Shown here: positions 21,433 through 35,216 of the stretch, one piece after another
Numbering within the stretch: position 1 is the stretch's first letter
Layout: each line of letters opens with the position of its first letter
NCBI GenBank assembly: GCA_958009085.1
Contig: OY253673.1
Span: 62,001 to 126,000, forward strand
Origin: Protoeuglena noctilucae
Taxonomy: Eukaryota
Length of the DNA: 64,000 bases
Reading direction: 5' to 3'
Position numbers and translations under genes: made by a program
Notes under the pieces: generated by a model
Seen by the model: the letters and a program-made list of their open reading frames with translations, nothing else
Database searches by the model: none
What the model was told of the DNA's origin: nothing

Positions 21433-21858
21433 CGTTTTGGAGTTGTTTCTGACAAACCAGCGCCAGTACACACTCGGGCGCGTTCGTGTTCTGCGAGCAC
21501 GATATTTGCGTTCTGTGCGCTATCATCGGTACAGTGAGAATTGTCTTGCATCGTGGCGCTGTTCTCGGACTGATGTGCTCGTGATTTTTGGTCGGACAAA
21601 CCGCAGCATGCGGGTCCATGCGCTCTGGCTGCCGTGAGAGGCACGTTGCTTTGATAGTGAACGAGTCGTGATCAGGCTCGGGGTTGCTTCGCCCCCCGCT
21701 CGCGCGCAGGGCGGGCAAGGTCCGCAATTCTTTCTCTGGGGCGGTCGCAACTCGTTCGCACCCGCTCGCGCTCTGACGTGTGAGAGGACGTCCTCCTTTT
21801 GCGTCCTCCGCGTCCTCCGTTCGCTGTTGTGCCGGAGGGGGCGGGCGCGGAGGGCAAG

Positions 21859-24731
21859 ATGTTGGGGGGTCAAACGAACCATGAATCCTCGCGCTTGTCG
21901 GACAATGCCCGCGTGACGACCGAGGTTTCCATCCTCAAGGACCACGGCAAGATCAGCAATGCGGGGGAGTCCAGCCGCCAGACCGTGGTCGTGCAGGGTT
22001 CTCGCAGCATGCCACAAAGGCTCCTGCGACAAGCCGCGCGGGCAGCTCGCAACGCGGTGGTGGGGCTGGTGGGAAGTCAAGCAGACGCGACGATGGAGGG
22101 ACTTGCTTCGGGACTCAACTGCTTGACGCCGACACGGTCCATCATTATTTACGCGGGCCTGGCATTCGTCCTCATCTACGTGTCCCTGGTGAGGCGGAGC
22201 CGCCTTGTCATTCCGAAGGCGCGTTCCTTGCCGCGTGTGTGTGCGGAGAGATGCGAATGACGCCTCCCACCCGCCTCCCAGGTGCCTACGCTCGACTCGT
22301 GGGGCTTCATAGGCCCTGCAATCGTGACCACGAACTCCGTTCAGAAGGGCGTCCTCTACTTCAAAGTCGCCTGTCTGCTGTTCGCCTGCGCCGGGAGCCT
22401 CACCTTCGTGGCCGTCTGCGCGGTGCCGGCCTCGCGGCCCCTGGCCATGCGCGTGCAGGGGAGGGTCGGGGGGGTCATCTTCCAGGCCACGCTCGCCCAA
22501 GGCACGCTCTCCTACTTCATCTACGAGTATAACTGGAAGCAGCTGGCCACCTGGGTCTCCGCCGTGTGCCAGCCGGCCATCTTTGCGACCGCCTGGGGAT
22601 TCCTGCTCGCAACAAGCCCGCAGACGGAGGGTTGGCGAATCTTCCACGCCGCCTTTGCCACCGTGTATCTCGCCGCCGCCCAGGTGCGCCTGCGTGGGTG
22701 ACAGACGAGGTGCTATGCCCCTCAGGGACACGCCTGACGCCTTGCAAGCACCCCCCGCTCCTCGTGCAGATGTTTGTCGAGGTGAACGCGTACGGGTGGA
22801 TGCCCAGGTCCTGGGCGCGCATGGTGGTGGCGGGGCTGACGAATGTGGTCATCTCATGGCTGTTCGACACGCTGCTGTCGGCCAGGGACGGGGCGAGGGA
22901 CTCCAAGAAGCGCCTGCGTCACGCCGAGTCGGCGCGGATGCAGGCGGTGCGGCGCGCGGGGTCGGGCGGCCGAGCGATGGACGGGGCCCCTGGCGCGCCC
23001 CAGGGGTGGGCGGGCCGCGTGGCCCTCCGCGCCCGGGAGTGGTGGCGGCGGACGGCACCGTGGCTCGCCCATATATCGGACGTCGACCAGTTCCGCGTCA
23101 TCTTCCTCCTCTGGTGGCTCCTCATCGTTGTTCTGGTGCGTGGGAGCGGTCGGGGTGGCGGCCTGTGGCGGCAGTGCGAGGGACCGCGCCGCCCACTTAT
23201 CCCCCCGCCGCAACTGCAGACGTGCTACGGTACATACGCCATGGCTGGGGCCATCTGGACCCCCGAGCCCCACGCGTTTGTCCAGGTCGTGGAGCCCCTT
23301 GCCGCCCTCCTGTCCGCCCTCCTCAGCTTCGGGCTCGGGGTGCGGTTTGCCCGCGTCCTGGTGGCCAACCGCGAGGAAGTGCTGGCCAACATCGTGCCCG
23401 TCGACGTCGCCCAGGCCATCGTGCAGCAGCACAACATGAGGCGAGCCCATCACACGCGCGGCGAGTGCCTTGGGGTCAGGGAAAGTCCTAGCGACCGCGA
23501 CGACATCATCCGCCAGACTCATCGCAACCGCAGGCTGGCGGACCGGGAGGAGGGCAGCAGGGACGGCGCCCGTGGGGGAGGTTTCAAGGGTCGCGACAAG
23601 AAGAGCATGCAGAAGGCGAGGGGCGGCGCAGGCCGCCGCATCGCTGCCCGCTTCGGCGCGCTCGTGTGACGTTCTCTGCTGCCCTCCTCCCAGGCTGACG
23701 TGGCGACCGGGCGTCGGACCAGCGTGTCCCAATTGCCGTCCGCCCTGGCAGGGGGCGACGCCTTCTACGGCGTGGGCGCCCTCCCCGCGCCGAGCGACTG
23801 CCGGGACAACCGAGGCGCCGTGGAGATCGTGATGCCTTGGCAGGGCGTGGCGCGGGACGGCCTGCGCCCGTCGCGGCGGCTGAGCGTGGTGGCGGGGCAC
23901 CCCTTGGAGCCCCCCCCCGATGAGGAGAGCCTGGTGTTCGCGGAGGAGCTGACGTACTACAAGGAGTTCGAGGACATCAGCATGGTGTTCTCGGACCTGG
24001 TGGGGTTCACGACGTTTGCGCAGCGGGTGCACCCGCAGACGGCGCTGATGGCGCTGCACTCGATCTTCTCCGTGCTGGACAAGGTCGTGGGGACGCTGAA
24101 GGGGCACAAGTACGAGACGGTGGGGGACGCGTACATCGGGGCGTTCAACATGGTGCGGAGGGACACCAACCACGCGCTGACGGCCGTCATCATGGGGTGC
24201 ACGCTGGTGCGGGTGGTGTCGAGCACGTTCGTGCACTGCCCGGGGCACGAGTCGATCAACCTGGCGGCGCGCGTGGGCATCCACTGCGGGCCGGCGGCGG
24301 GGGGCGTGCTGGGCACGAAGCGCAGCGTGCTGCAGCTGGTGGGGGACACGCTGAACACGGCGAGCCGCATGGAGTCGCACGGCATCAAGAACCACGTGCA
24401 AGTGACGGAGGTGAGTGGCGGGGGCGGCGTGGGTGGCAGGGGCGTTGTGTGGGTGGCACAGGTGGCAGGGGTGGGGAAGGGCATGTGAGAGGGGCGGGGC
24501 GGACACGGACACCGCTACACGCGTGCTGGCCCGCAGGCGGTGTTCCGGCGGCTGCCGGAGGGCGTGCAGCGGCTGTTCCGTGCGCGGGAGGTGGACGTGA
24601 AGGGCAAGGGCCACATGACGACGTACGTGCTGGACGTTCTGGGGGAGCCGGAGGTGGCGGCGCTGGGGCTGGACCTGCTGGCGTCCCGAGAGTCGTGGGA
24701 ACGAGTCATGAGGGAAGGGGCTGCCATATGA
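21859..24731 (+). CDS. 8-TM membrane adenylate/guanylate (class III) cyclase paralogue 2, spliced
   Basis: FSDLVGFT, KYETVGDAY, RVGIHCGP, GDTLNTASRMESHG and VKGKGHMTTY, with an LANIVPVDVA linker after 8 hydrophobic segments. Confidence 0.9.
23820..24718 (+). repeat. ~0.9-kb near-identical direct duplication (partner 27903-28801)
   Basis: Offset 4083 bp. Only one mismatch was noticed by eye (GAT vs GAG near 23921/28004), and the intron is included. Confidence 0.9.
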
Positions 24732-25607
24732 CCTTGTGGGCTCGTTAGGAGTTCCGTAACAGAGGCGGCTCGTTGGCAGTCAGTCCGTCGGCAGCATTCC
24801 CCTTTTTTTGTTCCTACGCGCCTCCAGGATAGTAACTCAGAGCCATGGCAATAATCTACCCTCGTTCGTTTTTGTACAGGAAAGAGCCGAGTTCCATGGA
24901 GCCCGTCACCACTGTTTCTCCCCTTTCTTGCGCATGTCTGTAGCTTGAGCGTGTCTGCATTTGCTTAGACGCACCTCTGCGCCGAGTGAAGCGTACAGCG
25001 TTTGGGAAAACGTGCTGTTTTCTGACACTGCTTTGACCCGTCGCACGGCGTCCTTATCTGCGCCTTGACGGCCCTCTCCCTGCGTTAATTGCTTTACTTC
25101 GTCTCAGACTCAGGATCCTTGTCGTGTTTGGCCTCGTGGACGAGTGGATTTCCCGAATCGCCGGCGCTGCCGACTGCGAGCAAGCGCGAGTCGCTCTGTG
25201 CGCGTTTCTTGCTTCATTCGCACCAGACCACACGAATCGTTCAGGTTCAAGGTTGCGGCAGGCAGCACGTGCGCCCGTCTCTCCTCACCTGTTCCGTCGA
25301 GCCGCGCTGCGATCACCAGATGTAACTGATGAGCTGATATCACTGCAGCAACTGCGTAGGTGAGGTTGGGGGCCGACGAGATGCGTTCGTGCGTTTGACC
25401 TCGAGTGGTTTAGGTGCCATGGGCCTCTTGGCGCATAATCGAGTAGGAGCGTCATCGTACCAGCCTCCACGTCCTCTGCCTGGCAATGGCCGCGGCGGGG
25501 TCTCCCTGGCGACAAAGGCCTTGGCACCATCACGGAGAGTGTGCCATTGCTGCGCATCACAGGCGGTGAACACTTCATATCCTCATTCCACGCAGTTTGT
25601 TTAGCAA

Positions 25608-28600
25608 ATGGGAGTGATGTCGAGCGACGCGCGTTACGTCACAACCGAGGAAACCCCGGCGACGGCGACTGCCAATCCGGACCGCCAGGCGGGGCAGGAC
25701 ATCGCGCGCCCGCGCGCCCGCAGTGCCGCGTCCGCGATATCCTTCCCCGGCCTGGCGTATGGCGAGGTGGCCATCGCCCGGCCGGCCCTTGTCGGCAAAG
25801 TTGACACCGGCACCGACCCGTCTGTTCGGGCCCGCAGCGACACGCGCTCCACGCAGCCGGTTTCGAGCCTAACGGCGGGCACGGCAGGGGAGGAAGCGCG
25901 GGATGCCCTAGCAGACTCGGCCATGTGGGGCCTCCTGCGGAGGACCGCCGACGCTGTCAGTCGCGTCGGGCAGGCAGCAATGGCGGGGGTGGTCGGCACG
26001 CGAGCAGACGCGACGATGGAGGGCCTGGCCAAGGGCCTGGACTGCCTGACGCCGACCCGCTCGGTCATCATCTACCTGGGCCTCATCTTCGTGCTCACCG
26101 CCACGGCGCTGGTGCGTGGGCCTATCCAGGGCGCCTCTCGTCCACGCGGCCCTCGCGCCCCACCAGCGTGCAGCCACGAAGCCCGCGCGCCTCGCCTTGA
26201 ACGCAGGTGCCCGCGTTGCACCGTCGGAGGGACGTGGAAGCAGCTCACTCGGCCCTGTCTGCCGCAGAGGAGGGGCTGCTCTTCCTCAAGCTCGCCCTGG
26301 TCAGGTGCGTGAACGCGCAGCGCTGTCGGCGCTAGGAGTCGTTCAAGCCACGAGACGATCGACGACAAGCACGTCCTGTTGACACAGACTGCTGAGCTAC
26401 CTGCACACACGCGCCCTCCCCACGCCCGCAGTGCCGCGTGCCTCGGCTCCCTGGGCTTCATCGGCCTGTGCGTCGTGCCGTCGTCCCGGCGCCTGGCCAT
26501 GCGCTTCCAGGGCGTCATCAGCTGCGCGCTGTTCGACGTCTCTCTGGTCCAGGGCGTGCTCAGCTTCTACATCTACAAGGGCCACTACGACCTCGCGACG
26601 TGGTTCACGGCCGTGGGCCAGCCCACCCCCTTCGCCATCGGCTGGACGTTCCTGCTGGCGACCAACCCGTCCCTCGCGCTCGTCCGGCAGCTGCACCTCG
26701 CGTTTGCCGTCGCCGTCCTCGTCGCCACCCAGGTGCGTGCCGGCTGGGGCCCACGCATGGCGCAACTGCCTGCCCGAGGCTACCGGGGCGACCGCGATGC
26801 CCTCTTTCCCGCAGCTGTACGTGGAGGTCATTGCGGGCGGCTGGAGCGCCGTTGGGGTGGGCCGGGCGCTCGTGACAGGCGTGGTCACGGTCGCCCTTTC
26901 GTGGGTCCTTGAGACGCTCGTGTCTGCGCGGGACAGCGCCCTAAGCTCGGTGCAGCGCTTGCAGCAGATCGACGCAAAGGACGGCGCCGAGCGCGCGGGG
27001 CTGCCTCACCCCTTGGGCCGCCCGCCCCCCCGGGGGTCGTGGAGGGCGCGGATGTGGGAGGCGGCGGTGCACATGTGGCGAAGGCGGCCCTGGGTCCACG
27101 TGTCGGACGTCGACCAGTTTCGTGTCATCTTCCTCCTCTGGTGGCTCCTCATCGTCGCCGTGGTGAGCAGCCGCGTGGAGGCGACGTCCCCTGCAGGGCA
27201 GCACAGGGCTGGGAGGGCTGGCATCCCATTCCCTGCCCGGCTTCGTTCGCAGTCGTGCTACAGTATCGACTCGACGGCCAAGGCCATCTGGCACGCGGAC
27301 GGCGACATCATGGACTCCGCCGTGGAGCCCACCATCGCCCTTCTCACGGCCCTCCTGAGCTTCGCCCTGGGGGTGCGGTTTGCCCGCGTCCTGGTGGTCA
27401 ACCGCGAGGAGGTGCTGGCGAACATCGTGCCCGTCGACGTCGCCCAGGCCATCGTGCAGCAGCACAACATGAGGCGAGGTCCGCCGGCGAATTGGCGAGG
27501 TCCGCCGCAGCAGGCGCGCCGCCCTGCGCAGAGGCTCACGTGGCGTTGCTCTCGCCATTCCAGGGGGACGCGCATCTCTGGCGTGCACGAGAAGGATCCG
27601 AGCGTGCGTGGGGGCCGGCTGCCCCGCAAGACGACGGTGAGGGCCAGGCAGCCATGACAAATCGAGCATCGCAGGGGCCCATCTGCCCCGCCCAGGCCCG
27701 CCACATTGCCCTGACTCGGCCCTTTGCACCCTGCGTGCAGATGGAGCAGGCGGAAGGGACGCAGAGGGGGGGCCTGCCCACCAAGACGAGCCTCACGACC
27801 AAGACGAGCATGAAGGGCCCTCAGTCCAAGCGCTTCTCCGCCGGTGCGGTCGAGTCGCGGAGCACCAAGGTGTTGCCGAGCGCCAGGGAGGACCGGGGGC
27901 TGGTGGAGATCGTGATGCCTTGGCAGGGCGTGGCGCGGGACGGCCTGCGCCCGTCGCGGCGGCTGAGCGTGGTGGCGGGGCACCCCTTGGAGCCCCCCCC
28001 CGAGGAGGAGAGCCTGGTGTTCGCGGAGGAGCTGACGTACTACAAGGAGTTCGAGGACATCAGCATGGTGTTCTCGGACCTGGTGGGGTTCACGACGTTT
28101 GCGCAGCGGGTGCACCCGCAGACGGCGCTGATGGCGCTGCACTCGATCTTCTCCGTGCTGGACAAGGTCGTGGGGACGCTGAAGGGGCACAAGTACGAGA
28201 CGGTGGGGGACGCGTACATCGGGGCGTTCAACATGGTGCGGAGGGACACCAACCACGCGCTGACGGCCGTCATCATGGGGTGCACGCTGGTGCGGGTGGT
28301 GTCGAGCACGTTCGTGCACTGCCCGGGGCACGAGTCGATCAACCTGGCGGCGCGCGTGGGCATCCACTGCGGGCCGGCGGCGGGGGGCGTGCTGGGCACG
28401 AAGCGCAGCGTGCTGCAGCTGGTGGGGGACACGCTGAACACGGCGAGCCGCATGGAGTCGCACGGCATCAAGAACCACGTGCAAGTGACGGAGGTGAGTG
28501 GCGGGGGCGGCGTGGGTGGCAGGGGCGTTGTGTGGGTGGCACAGGTGGCAGGGGTGGGGAAGGGCATGTGAGAGGGGCGGGGCGGACACGGACACCGCTA

Positions 28601-28811
28601 CACGCGTGCTGGCCCGCAGGCGGTGTTCCGGCGGCTGCCGGAGGGCGTGCAGCGGCTGTTCCGTGCGCGGGAGGTGGACGTGAAGGGCAAGGGCCACATG
28701 ACGACGTACGTGCTGGACGTTCTGGGGGAGCCGGAGGTGGCGGCGCTGGGGCTGGACCTGCTGGCGTCCCGAGAGTCGTGGGAACGAGTCATGAGGGAAG
28801 GAGACAGTTGA
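25608..28811 (+). CDS. 8-TM membrane adenylate/guanylate (class III) cyclase paralogue 3, spliced
   Basis: Same catalytic motifs as paralogue 2, with a diverged TM region (DATMEGLAKGLDCLTPTRS, VQGVLSF, GQPTPF, DQFRVIFLLWWLLI). Confidence 0.9.
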
Positions 28812-29935
28812 GGGACACGTCTAGGGTCCTACAACACCCCACCCCCTGGTCCCCAAAGGATGAGCGCCGTCCTTCCCCGTCGTCCCTACCCTGCCCGCAA
28901 AGCCCTCCCTGACTTCTTCATGCGCTTCCTCTTCGCGAACCTTTCCAGTTCCAGTTGCCCTTAGACAGGATGAGGAGGACCACCTACCAGCAGTCGGGAG
29001 GCAGTGGTACCCCACTGCCCAGGCGCAGCGCTCACCAACTCTGCGTCCTTTTTTCCGCAACGTTTCTCTTTCGTGTCTCGCCTCGCCGCCTCGCACTCAC
29101 CAGTCACGTGCCCGGCGCGAGCAACAGCCATGCATTCATCCATGCAGTGCCGTCTCGTGCCATGGCGACTCCTGCGCCCCTCGTTTGTGTCTCTCCCGGC
29201 GCTCCCCTTTTCTGCAAGTTGCCTTTGCTTTTCCTCGGTGCCCTCTCCAGCCCCCTGCCTCTCCTAGTCGGCCTTTGCATCCCCTAGCGGGACTGCCACA
29301 ACAACAGACGTCCCAAGAAGCTTTGCTCTGACGGACTACAGGGCAGAACAGACTTTGCTTTTTGGCATCCGTCGGTCAGTGCGCTTTGGCCCCCAGTGTG
29401 GCCACCCTAGGCGTCCCCAGTGGCTTGGTGCGGGCGATTTAGCGCCCAGCCAAAGCACGAGGGGCGCGGCGGTGCCCGCCACTCCTGGGCCTGCAACCCC
29501 CCTCGCTTTCGCTCTCCGCTGTCCGGCATCCCCTCGCCATCTCCCTTTCTCCCCTTTTTCCGTCTCCGCTCCCTGGCGCAACGCCCACGCGCCACCCACA
29601 AAGTGCGCCGTCCTTTCTCGCCAGCGTCGGACAGACGTGGTGATTTGAACGGCAGCTCACATCGTCAACCATTCAGCAAGGACTAATCAGCCATTCGCAA
29701 TCATCCTCACGGCCGGCCCTCGTTGCGTCACACAGCCCCGTCGATGTCATTCAAAGCTGCGGCAGTGCACCGATCCATTGCGCTGAGCCGTTGCTAGGCA
29801 GCCCCCCGTCAAACCACCCAAGCCGCGCGAGTCACTGTATATTAAACTCATCCGGGTCTGGTGCCTCCCACCCGCGCCTGCACCCGCTTCCGCAACACGC
29901 GACCCCCCGCCCCTCCGCTCCCGGCCACGCCACGG

Positions 29936-32430
<2,495 letters not shown>

Positions 32431-33489
32431 GATGGGCGGCGATGCTGTCTCGAGTGAGCAGAGAGCTCAGGTTGTCGAAGATTGGGCCACGTGCGAAGCC
32501 GGGGCGAGGGAGCGGCAAGGATTGCGGAGCTCTCAGGGCTACCGAAGTATGCTGCTGTGGCGGCCACATCGCTTCCGGATGCGCTGTGGTTTGCGTTCGG
32601 GGGAGACCCCGCCCCCCCGCGTCAGGGCGTCTCGATGTTCTCACTGTTCACGGTTCACGCCCTCTTGCCCCCCGCCATTCACAGGAGCTGACATCGAGCT
32701 GACGGCAGGGAGAGCTCGTTTGCCTTGTGAGCATGGCCGGCTACCTTGCCGGGGCGCCTGCGCCGACCCAGCTCTCGCGCCCTCAGCGCCCTCGGCCGAG
32801 CGGATCGGTTGGTCGGACGCAGCGAAGGGTCCAGTGTGCAGCCAGCCTCAAGCTCCAGTCGTTCGAGGGTGAGCGCCAGCTGGCTTTCCGGAAGACGTGC
32901 CCAGAACCTCCTGGGCCCGGCCCGAGCCGCCCCCTCGCAATCTTTGAGGATGCCGTGGCCCGCTTCGGTTACGATCGCTCGTTTTGAGTTCTCCTGAGCC
33001 ACGGTCGGCCTCCCAGGGCGGAAGTCGACCGGAGATTTCGCCGTTGTTGTCCGGCCCGGCTGCGGGGCCCCCCCGACGTGCCCGCTGCGGCGGCCGAGGA
33101 GCCCGATCGCCGGGCGCGGGTATTATCTCGCAAACTCGGTGTCGAGCGACTATATCGGCACGCCTGAGCGGGCGCGGCGAAGGGGCTGGCGCCAAGGCCC
33201 GCGTGGGGGCCCGGACGGGCCTCCTTGGCGCGGCCCAAGTTCCCCTCGCTGCTATTTCGGTGCTCCTGTAGCCCTGTACCGGGCTGCTGTCGGTTGGCAG
33301 GCGCTGTGAGGCGCCCGGCGACAAGGGTGGCTCTTGGCTAGGGAAGGCCGGCCCCCCGCCGCGTCTGGCCGCGCGTCGCCTGCGCGGGGCACGCAGACGC
33401 CAACATGAGGCTGATATCGGCACCTGGGCGCCGTGCATGCCGCCCCGCCGGACCCTGCGGCTGACGAGGCCCCGCCCCCGCGCCCGCAG

Positions 33490-34289
33490 AGCGACCCCGC
33501 GTCGTGCGGGCGCGCGCCGTCCAGGCCGACCCGGTCAAGTCCCCGGCCGCGGCTCCTAAGGTTAGATCGCGCGGGATGCGCCGCCCCGTTTATACGCAGC
33601 GCCCGGGAGCGCCCGGGGACCCATGCGAGTCTCCCCACCCTACTTCCTCCGCCCAGGTCAGCGCCCCCCGCCTCACCATCCGCGGCGTGCACCACGTCGC
33701 GCTCATCTGCGAGAACCTGGAGTGGTCCATGGACTTCTACTGCGGCCTCCTGGGCCTTGAGATCAACCCCGACCGTCCCGATAGCAAACTCCCCTACCGG
33801 TGAGGCTCGCTCGCCCGCCGGACGCGCCGTCACTGCCGAACGACCCTCCTTGTATTTTCCCTGCATTCCATTGCGCCCCGCTCCATGATCGCCGAGTCCT
33901 TTCCCTGCTGTGCTGGACCGGGCCAACGCAACCAACGCGGCTTACTAGCCTTCCCACGTTCTGACCTGCTGAGCTCCCCCGCACCACCGCGCAGGGGCGC
34001 GTGGCTGTGGATCGGCACGGAAATGATTCACCTGATGGAGCTGCCGAACCCGGACCCCCTCGTGGGTCGCCCGGAGCACGGCGGCCGCGACCGCCACTTC
34101 TGCATCGGCCTGGACGACCTGGACGTCCTGGTGAGCGCCCTCGAGGCCGCCGGGGTGCCCTACACGCGGTCCAAGTCGGGCCGTGCTGCTGTCTTCTTCC
34201 GTGACCCCGACTCTAACACGATCGAGGCGGTGGAGACAGATTGGGGCACGTGGCGCAGGGAGGGGCCATCCGCAGAGGACCGGGAGTGA
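33490..34289 (+). CDS. Glyoxalase/VOC-family (lactoylglutathione lyase-like) protein, spliced; 5' exon not resolved
   Basis: GVHHVALICENLE.SMDFYCGLLGL, LPYRGAWLWIG..MIHLMELPNPDP, GGRDRH and AVFFRDPDSNTIE. Confidence 0.88.
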
Positions 34290-35216
34290 GGGACGCGGGG
34301 ACGCCACGTCCTGGCCCTGATTGTCTCCCTCGCCGGGCCAGCTATCGGGGCAGCAGGGGTCGCGAGTGGGGAGGGCACGTGTCGCATGCCGTGCCATGCC
34401 GGCGGGTGTGACTGTGCACCGGCGGAGAGGCACGGCGAGCGGGTCGGTCTTCCCGGTCATCGCTGCCGACGCCTCGTCCTTTTTGGTCCCAATATTGTCC
34501 CTGCACCCCCGTCTGCCACACCCCTTGCGCGCATGCCCGCGCACCAATGCTTGTGTTGGGCGTCTGTGGGGGCCTGCCCTCTCGCCGCCCGCTTTTCCGT
34601 CTCCACCGCCGTTCCACCGCCGTGGTGTGCCATGGCTCGCCCGCCCTGGGCCCCGTCCGCCCCTTCCTGAGCATTCCCCATGGGGCGCGCGTCTGGGCCC
34701 ACAATTGCCACGCTCGCTGCTGCCTGGCTCGCCTTGGCTCTAGTCGCCCTCCCTTTAGGGCTCATGCCGTTCGGCACTTCCCGCATCCCGCGCGCATGGT
34801 CCGCTCTGCCCGCACTCGGCACGCCTTGGCACGCCTCGCTTGCCGGGGGCCGGGCGCACCCATCTGGGCCTCCCTCTGGCGCTCAGCCAGCCCCGTCCTC
34901 GCCGTCTCGTCACAGCAGCATAGTCCAGCATTCGGCCCCACCATCCCGGCAGGGTGTGGGCGCCTTTTGTGTCCGTTCCCAGGCCCACCGCGGCCGCTGT
35001 GCCCCTCCCAGGGCTCTCCACCCGCCGCCGCGCATGGTTGTGTGTTTCATTGTCCCACCAACCCCATCCCTGGACGGATGCCGGTTTGCCCCCTTTGCCT
35101 ACTTGCCGGCACAGCGGACGCTGTCGCCTTCCTTCATGAGAGAGCGGCGGCTTGCATGCAAACTTGAAACAGGCTTGCACGCGACGTCACGCGGACTAAG
35201 GTCATTGCGTGCCTCG

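Noticed and set aside
18805..28811. Calling the cyclases true light-sensing rhodopsin-guanylyl cyclases
   Set aside because: No Schiff-base Lys in the last helix and no RYxxW/DxxxK motifs. Only the topology is suggestive.
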